Assembly (NCBI GenBank): GCA_016699875.1
Contig: CP064989.1
Span: 151,380 to 184,296 of the forward strand
DNA length: 32,917 bases
Source: Candidatus Moraniibacteriota bacterium
GTDB lineage: Bacteria > Patescibacteriota > Minisyncoccia > Moranbacterales > UBA1568
Reading direction: 5' to 3'
A model generated the notes under the pieces. The model made no database searches, was not told the DNA's origin, and saw only the letters and a program-made list of their open reading frames with translations. Within the stretch, counting starts at the first letter, position 1. Every line of letters begins with the position of its first letter. The position numbers and the translations under genes are program-made. This document shows positions 1 through 8,591 of the stretch, piece by piece.

Positions 1-630
1 CTCCTCGATTTTCCATATCTCTCCTTTGGGACCGCGTCCAAATGAAGGCGGATCCATGATAATCGCATCATACTGATGTCCGCGTCGCGCTTCCCGCTCA
101 ACAAATTTCAGAGCATCGTCGGGAATAAAGCGAACTGGCACATTGACAAGTCCACTCAGCTCAAGATTCTCCTTCGCGCGCGTCACCATACCCTTCGAGG
201 CATCCACATGACAAACTTCCGCGCCGGCGGCTGCCGCCGCAACCGTCGCGCCGCCGGTGTAGGCAAAGAGATTGAGAACGCGAATCGGCCTCGATGCCGA
301 TCGGATTTTCTCAGCCATCCAGTCCCAATTCACTGACTGCTCCGGGAATAAACCCGTATGCTTGAATCCCATGAGCTCGATACGAAAAACAAGCGAACGA
401 TATCGCATCGTCCATGTCTTCGGAATATCTTGGACAATATCCCACGCGCCACCGCCGTCACGACTCCGACGATACCGGGCGTGAGGCGCTTCCCACTCTT
501 TTCCGTTTCCTTTCGGCCATATCGCCTGCGGATCCGGACGTCGCAAAATAAACTCCCCCCAACGTTCCAGCTTCTCTCCGTCTCCGGCATCGATCAATTC
601 GTAGTCATTCCAATCAGTGGCAATACGCAT
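1..630 (-). CDS. Class I SAM-dependent methyltransferase (RlmI/RlmK-like rRNA methyltransferase family), N-terminal 210 codons; the 3' end runs off the left edge
   Basis: Absent from the ORF track because it has no in-window stop. My translation of the minus strand from ATG (630-628) gives MRIATDWNDYELIDAGDGEKLERWGEFILRRPDPQAIW...LNLFAYTGGATVAAAAAGAEVCHVDASKG...YDAIIMDPPSFGRGPKGEIWKIEE and stays open to base 1. SAM-binding motif I (FAYTGG..VDAS) and motif IV (DPPSF) are present. Confidence 0.75.
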   Translation of the reverse strand, partial: MRIATDWNDYELIDAGDGEKLERWGEFILRRPDPQAIWPKGNGKEWEAPHARYRRSRDGGGAWDIVQDIPKTWTMRYRSLVFRIELMGFKHTGLFPEQSVNWDWMAEKIRSASRPIRVLNLFAYTGGATVAAAAAGAEVCHVDASKGMVTRAKENLELSGLVNVPVRFIPDDALKFVEREARRGHQYDAIIMDPPSFGRGPKGEIWKIEE

Positions 631-683
631 ACGTCAAACAGAAAGAATAGAACCGCAGATCTCCAACAATATCATGAGAGCAC

Positions 684-777
684 AGGAAAAAAGAAAACAA
701 AGCGTTTCCGGTAAAAATTCTTTTTTGCGGCTTTCGTACGAAGTGTAAGACAAGCAAAAAAGAATTTTTACCGGAAA
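684..777 (-). terminator. Putative intrinsic terminator: perfect 24-bp stem, 25-nt loop with an inner palindrome, T-rich tail on the minus strand
   Basis: 705-728 (tttccggtaaaaattcttttttgc) is the exact reverse complement of 754-777. The loop contains the palindrome ttcgtacgaa (733-742). On the minus strand the hairpin is followed by cgctttgttttcttttttcc. It lies directly downstream of the sugar transferase stop at 792. Confidence 0.55.
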
Positions 778-791
778 GGCGCCTAACATGC

Positions 792-2219
792 TCACACATT
801 TCTTCGCCGTCGCAAGAGCACGCGGAGCGTTTTGAGGCAAATAGAAATATCGAGCCACAGCGACCAGTTCTCGATATAGAAAATATCGAGTTTATACTCG
901 CCTTCGAACGAAAGGTCGGAACGGCCCGATACTTGTGCCATACCGGTCACGCCTGGCTTGATCGTCAGGAGACGGCGGTGATACTCTTTATATTTCTCCA
1001 CCTCGCGCGCCTGATGCGGTCGCGGTCCGACCAGACTCATAGACCCCAAGAACGCGTTAAAGAATTGTGGCAACTCATCAATTGAGAAACGCTCGATAAA
1101 TGATCCGACCTTCGTTTTCCGCGGATCATCCTTGATTTTGTAGAGCACATCATCGCGCACATTCCGCTCGGCGATAAGCTGCTGTTCATAAGCAAGCGCG
1201 TGTTCGAAGTCGGGATTCTCCTTCGTAATACAGTACTTCCATCGTATATAGCGGAATTTGTAGACGAAAAATTCCTTCCCATCTTCGCCGATGCGTTTGT
1301 TTCGGTAAATCACCGGACCATCCGGATCTTCCAACTTGATAAGAATCGCCACTACAAGCATGAGCGGTGAGAAGAGCACGATGAGCAGTGCCGAGGCGAT
1401 AATATCAAACGCACGTTTCAAGATTTTTCCCCACCCATCGAGCGGCGTATGCTCCGCTTCAATAAATGGTTCCCCCTCAAACATTCGAATAGAGAACCGC
1501 GATGTCTGAAGTGTTGTCGGAATATATTTGTAGACGATATTGTTCACCTGGCAATAGTCGAGCAGTTTTGTCTGTTCTTCATCGGGCACGGACGGATCGC
1601 ACACAATAATTTCATCAACACCCCGCGTTTTCCGGATTTCTTTGATCTCGCGAATACTTGCCGAACCGATTGTCGCCGAAAGACGATATCCAAGCCACGG
1701 CTTCTCAATAAAAGTTTTTGAGAGACGTTCCAAGACGCCATTCCTCCCCACAAGCACAATTCGATGCACGCCAATGCCCCGATGTATCAACAACCACTGC
1801 TGCACCGAATGGATCAAAAATCGACCGATAACAACAAAAAGAACCGAGAGCGTCCACGCAAGCAATATAATAAAGCGTGACGAAAACCATTCGCGCTTCA
1901 AGAAAACCGCAATAATTAAAACAACGAGCGCAAGCGACGTCGCAGAGAACACCTTATACGCTTCCTGCCAGAACTTCCGCGTCGTGCGAATATCGTAGAG
2001 TCCCTCGAATGCGTAAATAAGTAGAAAAAACGGAGCTGTGAGAAGTGTAATCGTGAAATATTCGTCGAATGAAAATATGCCGCCAATGCGGCCAAGGTCA
2101 AAAAACATGCGCGTCTCCGGAAGATCGCGAATCATAAATGCCGAAAGCGCCGCACAAACTATCATGCAGTAATCCATCGGCACGCGAATGGCACTGAAGA
2201 AAAGTTCCGATCGCTTCAT
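792..2219 (-). CDS. Polyprenyl-phosphate glycosyl-1-phosphate transferase (bacterial sugar transferase, WbaP/WcaJ family)
   Basis: N-terminal TM bundle and a C-terminal sugar-transferase domain: FDIIASALLIVLFSPLMLVVAILIKLEDPDGPVIYRNKRIG...DELPQFFNAFLGSMSLVGPRPH...KPGVTGMAQVSGRSDL. I place the start at ATG 2219 (MKRSELFF). The track ORF extension up to 2309 overlaps the 3' end of rnpB. Confidence 0.9.
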   Translation of the reverse strand: MKRSELFFSAIRVPMDYCMIVCAALSAFMIRDLPETRMFFDLGRIGGIFSFDEYFTITLLTAPFFLLIYAFEGLYDIRTTRKFWQEAYKVFSATSLALVVLIIAVFLKREWFSSRFIILLAWTLSVLFVVIGRFLIHSVQQWLLIHRGIGVHRIVLVGRNGVLERLSKTFIEKPWLGYRLSATIGSASIREIKEIRKTRGVDEIIVCDPSVPDEEQTKLLDYCQVNNIVYKYIPTTLQTSRFSIRMFEGEPFIEAEHTPLDGWGKILKRAFDIIASALLIVLFSPLMLVVAILIKLEDPDGPVIYRNKRIGEDGKEFFVYKFRYIRWKYCITKENPDFEHALAYEQQLIAERNVRDDVLYKIKDDPRKTKVGSFIERFSIDELPQFFNAFLGSMSLVGPRPHQAREVEKYKEYHRRLLTIKPGVTGMAQVSGRSDLSFEGEYKLDIFYIENWSLWLDISICLKTLRVLLRRRRNV

Positions 2220-2243
2220 AAAAGATACGAAGATAAGAGCCAA

Positions 2244-2708
2244 GGAATATATCAAGACGGGCGATAAGCCGGATTCTGTCTTTATCTTTCCAAGAAAAAT
2301 AAATGGCAATCATTTCTCTTGTTGTTGCGTTGCCGCAACAATCCTTGCGGCACACCACGCTCTCTCCACAAAGGACAGAGAGCTTGGTACGGCCTTGCAC
2401 GCCAGTAAGGATTTAGCCGTTTCACCCTCCCGATTATATCGAGAGGCTCCATTTCGAATGTCGCCACTCGAAATGCCTCGATCAGTTTCCCGTTTCGAGC
2501 GTCTCTGTTCGCACCTCTCTCGCGCCGAAACGCGAGCGACGGGCGTTACCCGCTACCATTTTCTGACGCAGCTATCAGCACTCAGCTCCCAATATCCGAC
2601 CGATTGCCGGAAGCTGATTCCTGATCGCCGCGTCAGCACGTGTCCGGACTTTCCTCCCTTCCCACCGAGGTGGGATCGGGCAATTGCCTGCCCGCCTTGA
2701 TATATCCC
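2244..2708 (-). ncRNA. rnpB: RNase P RNA (bacterial type A), about 465 nt; ends approximate
   Basis: The minus strand contains the universal motifs GGGAGGAAAGTCCGGAC (complement of 2642-2658) and ACAGAATCCGGCTTAT (complement of 2264-2279). A 19-bp P1 helix closes the molecule: the complement of 2690-2708 (GGGATATATCAAGGCGGGC) pairs with the complement of 2244-2262 (GCCCGTCTTGATATATTCC) using two G-U pairs. AGAGAAATGATTGCC resembles the E. coli AGATGAATGACTGTCC segment. Confidence 0.85.
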
Positions 2709-2738
2709 CTCTTGTCAAAGACCAATTTCCACCAAACA

Positions 2739-2767
2739 ATACTACTACAAAATACAAGAAATGTCAA
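2739..2767 (-). promoter_or_regulatory. Sigma-70-like promoter upstream of rnpB
   Basis: Minus strand reads TTGACA (2767-2762), a 17-nt spacer, then TAGTAT (2744-2739). This is about 30 nt upstream of the P1 helix. Confidence 0.5.
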
Positions 2768-2834
2768 TGTTTACCCACAAGCGGATACTCGATAAATTGG
2801 CTCATAAAAGCCACGTTCCGAGAATGTTTCCCCG

Positions 2835-5222
2835 CTACGATACACGGAGAGTCCCTCCGATATGTGTCTCAATAGCCCGGACAATACCCGCAAAGACAAC
2901 GTCGGCCTCCTCGCCAGTCAGTGCCCTGTCCTCTCGTCCCATGCGAATATGGAAAGCAAGACTTCGCCCCTCATCGGGACTCATATAGCGGTCGAACAAC
3001 TCAGCATCCAATACCAATCCCTGACCGGAAGAAACGATACAATCCCGTACCTCAGCGACAGTAGTGCGCGAAGGAACAAAACAGGAAAGATCGCGCAACG
3101 TTTCCGGCTGCTTTCGGATCGGAGCAAAGATGCCTTCTCCCGGAATCGCCGAAAGCAATGCTCGCGTATCGAATTCGAAAGCAGCAACTCTCCCCGATAT
3201 ACCCATCCCCTTGAGAGGCGCCGGGTGCACCTCGCCCAAGGTACCAATACGCTCTCCACGGGCGGAAAATATATCCGCCGTACGGACGGGATGCCACAAA
3301 GACAAGGCGGTATTCTGATACGGGCGCACAGAATAAACAACTCGCAGCGAATCCAAGAGATGGGCCATTTCTGACATCAGTAAGACAAAAGGAGACGCCT
3401 CACCACCACGCTTCGACGAGACTCGAGCCACCCCGGACACCAACCTGGTTTCCACAACAGATTCTCCAGACCGCTCATACACCTTTCCAAGTTCGAACAT
3501 TCTGATATCGTGAAAACGCCGGCCATTGAAAGCAATATTCTTCAAAAGCCCCGGCAAAAGACTCTTTCGAACCAAAGTCTGATCCGGATTCATCGGATTG
3601 GCAAGAGAAAGGTGGGCATCTTTCTCGAAATGCAGCCGACTGGCATCCGATTCGCTATAGAAAGAATAGTTATATGATTCCGTGAATCCATTTGCCGAGA
3701 GGAAATCCCGAAGAGAGGCTTCGTGAGCACGGATCGGGTCATCAGAAGGAGAACCCAGTAAAAAGCTCGGCGCTACGCTCTCAATACGATCATAGCCGAT
3801 ACCTTTCCCAATCTCTTCGGCAATGTCCGCAACCGATTCAACATCAATCCGATAGGGTGGCGGCGTAGCGGATACCGTCTTCTCCTCAAGAGATACTTCA
3901 AACCCTCGCAATTCCAAGATTGACTTCATTTCTTTCACCGAGACGTCCGTACCCAAAAGAGATGTCACTGCCCGCGAAGAAAATTCGATAGATTTCGGCA
4001 GAGCAAAAGCACTGCGTTCCTCAGAAACGGAGACTACCTCACCGCCCGCAATATGTGATACCACCTCCAAGAGTCGCACCAATGCTCGCTCAGCAAGATC
4101 AGGAGAAAGACCTTTCTCGAATCGAGCCGAGGCGTCGCTCTCAATACCAAGCCGCGTCCGCGTCCGCCGGATAGAGACCGGATCAAAATGAGCCGCTTCA
4201 AAGAACACGTGCTTCGTCTTCGATGTCACTCCGGATGCGACACCACCCATAATGCCCCCTAAAGCAAGTGCTCGTTCGCTATCGGCAATGACAATATCTT
4301 CCGCGTCAAGCAAGTGCGACTTCCCATCCAAGAGCACAAGAGTCTCCCCGGGATTTGCAAGGCGCGGACCGATCTTCTTCTGTTCTGATCCGGCAATAGC
4401 ATCCCAATCGAATGCATGGAGCGGCTGCCCCAACTCAAGCATGATAAGATTGGTCGCATCAACAATGTTATTGATAGATCGCATTCCAAAGACGCTCAAC
4501 CGGTCAACAAGCCACTTGGGCGATACATCAACGGTGACATTCCGGACGAGCGCCCCGATATACCGATCACTTTTCCCCTTCGCTTCAAGTGAAATGGAGA
4601 AGAAAGATGAAAGCATATCCTCCGACTTCGGCAAAAGGAGTCCATCGTAATCATAATCCATCTTCCGATGTTCTAGTGCGGCAATCTCCCGCGAAAGCCC
4701 CACGTGTGACAAGCAGTCATGTGCTCGATCCGGCAGCACCTTCACATCAAGCACCGAGTCCGCAGTTGCCAAAAAGTCCGCAACTCCAGTACCTGCCTCC
4801 GCCTCTTCAGGCAAAACAAGAATACCTTCGTGATTCTCTCCAAGACCCAACTCCTTCTGGGAACAAATCATGCCGTCGGAAACAACGCCGCGAATATCCG
4901 TTTGTTTGATAAACACATCTCCGGGAAGCGATGCTCCCGGCAGAGCTACCGCCACCTTCTGGTTCAGTGCAAGATTCGGCGCACCGCACACAATTGTTTT
5001 CTCATTTCCTTCGCCAAGATTCACGCGCGCCACACGCAAGCGATCCGCATTCGGGTGTTGTTCAACCGAAAGTACTGTTCCAACAACGATATCCGGCAGC
5101 GAAAAACCCACCGGAACCACTTCTTCCACCTCAAATGCGCGCATCGTCAAAAAAGCCGCGAGCTCCTCGGGAGTTTTCTCTGTTCCGGAAAGTTCTTTGA
5201 GCCAACGATAGCTGAATTTCAT
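2835..5222 (-). CDS. pheT: Phenylalanine--tRNA ligase beta subunit
   Basis: 795 aa starting MKFSYRWLKEL, with an N-terminal tRNA-binding domain (VGTVLSVEQHPNADRLRVARVNLG) plus B3/4, B5 and FDX-ACB-like regions. ATG at 5222, 6 nt after the pheS stop. Confidence 0.97.
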   Translation of the reverse strand: MKFSYRWLKELSGTEKTPEELAAFLTMRAFEVEEVVPVGFSLPDIVVGTVLSVEQHPNADRLRVARVNLGEGNEKTIVCGAPNLALNQKVAVALPGASLPGDVFIKQTDIRGVVSDGMICSQKELGLGENHEGILVLPEEAEAGTGVADFLATADSVLDVKVLPDRAHDCLSHVGLSREIAALEHRKMDYDYDGLLLPKSEDMLSSFFSISLEAKGKSDRYIGALVRNVTVDVSPKWLVDRLSVFGMRSINNIVDATNLIMLELGQPLHAFDWDAIAGSEQKKIGPRLANPGETLVLLDGKSHLLDAEDIVIADSERALALGGIMGGVASGVTSKTKHVFFEAAHFDPVSIRRTRTRLGIESDASARFEKGLSPDLAERALVRLLEVVSHIAGGEVVSVSEERSAFALPKSIEFSSRAVTSLLGTDVSVKEMKSILELRGFEVSLEEKTVSATPPPYRIDVESVADIAEEIGKGIGYDRIESVAPSFLLGSPSDDPIRAHEASLRDFLSANGFTESYNYSFYSESDASRLHFEKDAHLSLANPMNPDQTLVRKSLLPGLLKNIAFNGRRFHDIRMFELGKVYERSGESVVETRLVSGVARVSSKRGGEASPFVLLMSEMAHLLDSLRVVYSVRPYQNTALSLWHPVRTADIFSARGERIGTLGEVHPAPLKGMGISGRVAAFEFDTRALLSAIPGEGIFAPIRKQPETLRDLSCFVPSRTTVAEVRDCIVSSGQGLVLDAELFDRYMSPDEGRSLAFHIRMGREDRALTGEEADVVFAGIVRAIETHIGGTLRVS

Positions 5223-5228
5223 ATGATA

Positions 5229-6314
5229 CTAGAACTGGTTGAGAAATCGAAGATCACCACTCTGAAAAAGGCGAACATCGGGAATCTTATATTGCATCAT
5301 AGCAAGACGTTCCAAACCGAATCCCCACGCATATCCTTGATACCGATCCCGATCATATCCCGCCGACACAAAAACATTTTGATTTACCATACCAGCCCCA
5401 CCAAGCTCAAGCCAACCAGCACCTCGGCATGACGAACATCCCGTACCACCGCAAGCAAGACAGGAAATATCGAATTCAAACCCTGGTTCAACAAAAGGAA
5501 AATAACTGGGACGGAGCCGAACATGAACAACTTTCCCAAAGAACCGCGAGAAAAAAAATTCTGCCATATACTTAAGATTCCCAACGTTCGCCGACTTCTC
5601 AACAGCAAGCATCTCAAACTGATGAAATGTGTGTTCATGCGTCGAATCCGTTGCTTCAGCCCGAAAACATCTCCCCGGAACAATAACTCGAAACGGCGGG
5701 GTATGCGTTTCCATGTATCTGGCCTGAATCGCGGATGTTTGAGATCGAAGCGCTAGTCGGTCATTTTTTTTCTTTTCAACTCCCTGCTCCCTGTTTATTT
5801 TTCCTTGCTCATTGATTCCTGATTTTAGCCAGAATGTATCTTGCATATCTCTCGCCGGGTGGTGCGCCGGCATGTTCAAAGCATCAAAGTTATAAAACTC
5901 TGTCTCGACTTCAGGACCGTCAGCAATATCAAACCCGAGCGACCGAAAAATCTTATAAATCTCCCGTTCCACCTGCGTTAGAATATGAAGATGTCCGACC
6001 GGAAGCACGTCTCCCGGATCCGTCACATCGATCCATTCCTTCTCCGCATCGAAGCTCGCCGATTCCAATCGTGCTGTCGCCGCTTCACACGCTTCGACAA
6101 TCTCTCGCTTTGCCACATTGGCACGACCTCCCAGCTCGCGCCGTTCCTCCGGCGAAAGCGTCGAAAGACTCTTCAAAAACTGCGTGAGCGCACTCTTCCG
6201 CCCCAAGAATTCCACCTGGCTCTCTCGCAGCATATCCAAACTCTCCACCCTCTCAAACGCCGAGACCGCCAGCCGTTTCAGCTCATCCAAAGTATCTGTA
6301 TTCATACCCCTCAT
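5229..6314 (-). CDS. pheS: Phenylalanine--tRNA ligase alpha subunit
   Basis: Class II aaRS core: MPAHHPARDMQDTFW, LRSQTSAIQARYM, GRCFRAEATDSTHEHTFHQFE, GFGLERLAMM. The track ORF begins at a TTG (6341). The first ATGs are at 6314 and 6305, so the start is uncertain by up to 12 codons. Confidence 0.95.
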   Translation of the reverse strand: MRGMNTDTLDELKRLAVSAFERVESLDMLRESQVEFLGRKSALTQFLKSLSTLSPEERRELGGRANVAKREIVEACEAATARLESASFDAEKEWIDVTDPGDVLPVGHLHILTQVEREIYKIFRSLGFDIADGPEVETEFYNFDALNMPAHHPARDMQDTFWLKSGINEQGKINREQGVEKKKNDRLALRSQTSAIQARYMETHTPPFRVIVPGRCFRAEATDSTHEHTFHQFEMLAVEKSANVGNLKYMAEFFFSRFFGKVVHVRLRPSYFPFVEPGFEFDISCLACGGTGCSSCRGAGWLELGGAGMVNQNVFVSAGYDRDRYQGYAWGFGLERLAMMQYKIPDVRLFQSGDLRFLNQF

Positions 6315-6399
6315 TGTATCCACACCCCTCTCCGCTGTCAAAAAGAAACGATCACCTCATATATACTTGTTCTAAGGAGGTGACCGTTGAATGTAAAGA

Positions 6400-6705
6400 C
6401 TATGATGAAGACCTCTTCTTTCTTCCTCCGGATAACTTCTTATCCTTCCGATTTTTTCGACCATTCCTCCTATTGGCATGCAGTTTATGCGCTCGCGTGC
6501 CCTCTTTATAGGTGGTAATAGTGCGATTCGGAGCCACAACAACGGTGATATAAATTCCATTTATGACAACCGTTACTCTTTGTGGCTGAGCAAATCTTAC
6601 TTTCAAAAGAATTCTCTGCACCTTCTGAAGTAGCTGAGCTCTTACTTCTTCAGGAATACGTCTTACTAACTTCCCACAGAAATGAACGCTGAAATGAGAA
6701 GACAT
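6400..6705 (-). CDS. Small hypothetical protein (101 aa) with a strongly basic C-terminal tail
   Basis: ATG at 6705 is preceded by GGAGG (complement of 6716-6720) at 10-nt spacing. Same strand as its neighbours. The pattern HFSVHF..KLVRR.IPEEV....VVINGIYITVVVAPNRTITTY loosely recalls small DUF4258-type proteins. That is only an impression. Confidence 0.45.
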   Translation of the reverse strand: MSSHFSVHFCGKLVRRIPEEVRAQLLQKVQRILLKVRFAQPQRVTVVINGIYITVVVAPNRTITTYKEGTRAHKLHANRRNGRKNRKDKKLSGGRKKRSSS

Positions 6706-6778
6706 TTTGAATATACCTCCAATCAGAGTAAGAAGAATACTTCGCGAGAAATATGAAAATGTAAAGAAAAGAACTGGA

Positions 6779-7969
6779 TCAGAAAACTACTCGGGCAAAA
6801 TCTTTCTTGCCACACCTTACTATCAATGATTTACCAAAATTTGTCAAGATGAAATCACGATCGGTGATTTTATTTCCATCCACCTCAACACCGCCCTGTT
6901 CGATCTTGCGCCGGGCATCGCCCCGACTCGTTGCAAATCCTTCTTGTGCCAGAAAATCAAGCAGACTCATATCGCCAGTCAATTTCACCTCATGAATGTC
7001 ATCCGGAATTTCCCGTTTCGAAAAAGTAGAGACAAAATGATTCTCAGCTTCACGCGCCGCCTCACTGTCATAATACAGCTTCACGATTTCGAAACCGAGC
7101 CGGAGTTTCGTATCACGGGGATTATTTTCCCGCAAAAGAGCGCTGATTTCTTCCATTGGCACGCGCGTGCAGTGCACAAAATAGCTCTCGATGAGTTCGT
7201 CGGGAATGCTCATGACCTTCCCGAGCATATCTTTCGATTCATCGGTCAGATTGATCGTATTCCCCCAGCTCGAACTCATCTTTCGTCCATCGGTACCGAG
7301 AATAAGATTGGTTGTGAGAATATCCTGCGGGGATTTCCCCATACGCTCCTGGAGTCGCCGCCCGGCAAGCAAATTAAACCGTTGATCCGTACCGCCAATT
7401 TCCACATCTGCGGAAACCTCAAAACTATCATGCCCCTGCATCAGCGGATAAAGCATCTCGCGAAGCGAGACGCGCTTTCCGGCATCGAGGCGTTTCCGGA
7501 TGTTATCACGAGCAATAAACTCAGCCACCGAAAAAGCATCCGCCTCTTTCCCGATTTCGGAAAAACCCAGTCGAGAGAGCCACGTCGAATTGGCATGAAT
7601 CTCCACGCGCGACATATCGAGGATCTTTCCCGCCTGCTCCGCATAGGTCGCCATATTGGCATGCACATCATCTTCAGAGAGCATCGGGCGCTCCGATTCC
7701 TTGTCGCTTGTATCACCGATCTGCCCGGTAAAATCGCCAACAATAAAGACAATCGTATGGCCCAGTTTCTGAAAATCCCGAAGTTTGAGAAGTGATACCG
7801 AACGCCCAAGATGAATATTCGGACTCGTCGGGTCAATACCGAGCTTCACCCGCAACTTTTCCCCGGAGAGAAGGCGCAACTTCAAATGCTCCCAGTCGAT
7901 CACCTCTGCCACACCGCGCGAAAGCAACTCGTCTATTTGTTTTTCAAGCTTCTGTTTTTCTGAATCCAT
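6779..7969 (-). CDS. tyrS: Tyrosine--tRNA ligase
   Basis: Class I signatures: GIDPTSPNIHLGRSV (HIGH-type) and KMSSSWGN (KMSKS-type), plus a C-terminal S4-like domain (SRGDARRKIEQGGVEVDGNKI). ATG at 7969. Confidence 0.95.
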   Translation of the reverse strand: MDSEKQKLEKQIDELLSRGVAEVIDWEHLKLRLLSGEKLRVKLGIDPTSPNIHLGRSVSLLKLRDFQKLGHTIVFIVGDFTGQIGDTSDKESERPMLSEDDVHANMATYAEQAGKILDMSRVEIHANSTWLSRLGFSEIGKEADAFSVAEFIARDNIRKRLDAGKRVSLREMLYPLMQGHDSFEVSADVEIGGTDQRFNLLAGRRLQERMGKSPQDILTTNLILGTDGRKMSSSWGNTINLTDESKDMLGKVMSIPDELIESYFVHCTRVPMEEISALLRENNPRDTKLRLGFEIVKLYYDSEAAREAENHFVSTFSKREIPDDIHEVKLTGDMSLLDFLAQEGFATSRGDARRKIEQGGVEVDGNKITDRDFILTNFGKSLIVRCGKKDFARVVF

Positions 7970-8018
7970 AACAATTTAATCTTTTATATTCTACCGACTT
8001 TACACATCATCCCTTCTC

Positions 8019-8140
8019 GTCATTCCCGCGAAGGCGGGAATCCAGTCACCACCCGCTAAACACAAACACTCTACAAAAAAATTTGCAGTATACCCTCTGA
8101 AAGTTTGTGGAACCTGGTTTCCCGCCTTCGCGGGAATGAC
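8019..8140. repeat. Inverted-repeat element: two identical 22-nt arms, each itself a hairpin, flanking a 78-nt spacer
   Basis: 8019-8040 (gtcattcccgcgaaggcgggaa) is the exact reverse complement of 8119-8140 (ttcccgccttcgcgggaatgac). Each arm contains the internal palindrome ttcccgc-gaag-gcgggaa. It lies between the stop of ORF 8147-8473 and the tyrS start. Confidence 0.65.
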
Positions 8141-8146
8141 GCCGTT

Positions 8147-8473
8147 TTAAATTCCCATTTTCCTTCGCGCCAAGCGGTACTGATCATCGGACATCATGCC
8201 GCTCTTCCTCGCTTGTTCAAGCTGTGCCAAGATTTCATCCTTATGCTTCATGATATTCTTCGGCGTCATCGCCTTCTTGAGGATTTTCTCTCGCTCCGCC
8301 GGCGACATTTTCATGAGCTGTTTCATGGCAAACTTTTGAAACACACCCATATTTTTCGGATCCGGCGCACCCGGCATCGAAGCGAGTTGTTCTTCAAAAC
8401 TTCGTTCATCTTTCTTCTCAACAACTTTTGGCTTCTTTTCATCTTTCGGTTTCTTGGAAAATGGATTCCACAT
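8147..8473 (-). CDS. Hypothetical Lys- and Met-rich small protein (108 aa)
   Basis: ATG at 8473, co-directional with secDF. 11 Met in 108 aa and amphipathic helical repeats (FQKFAMKQLMKMSPAEREKILKK). No clear SD. No family recognised. Confidence 0.4.
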   Translation of the reverse strand: MWNPFSKKPKDEKKPKVVEKKDERSFEEQLASMPGAPDPKNMGVFQKFAMKQLMKMSPAEREKILKKAMTPKNIMKHKDEILAQLEQARKSGMMSDDQYRLARRKMGI

Positions 8474-8550
8474 AAATTCGCAATTACTATTCTACTGTTC
8501 TACTGTTCAAACACTCGCTACAAACGATACCCTGCCGAAACTCACAGATT

Positions 8551-8582
8551 CCTGAAAAAGAACAGAAAGATGTGTTTTCTGT
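8551..8582 (-). terminator. Weak candidate terminator after secF
   Basis: The 7-bp stem acagaaa (8562-8568) / tttctgt (8576-8582) is followed on the minus strand by tctttttc. The stem is AT-rich, so the call is weak. Confidence 0.3.
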
Positions 8583-8591
8583 AGCAAACAA

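Noticed and set aside
2220-2309. N-terminal 30-codon extension of the sugar transferase ORF.
   Set aside because: It overlaps the 3' strand of the RNase P RNA P1 helix and the ACAGAATCCGGCTTAT motif. The ATG at 2219 gives a typical N-terminus.
6351-6382. Inverted repeat tcacctc ... gaggtga upstream of pheS, considered as a terminator or attenuator (T-box-like leader).
   Set aside because: The stem is 7 bp with an 18-nt loop. There are no T-box specifier or antiterminator motifs, and the leader is too short for a T-box riboswitch.
8491-8506. Tandem 8-bp repeat tctactgt x2 between secF and the 108-aa ORF.
   Set aside because: Only two short units. No associated feature and no evidence of function.
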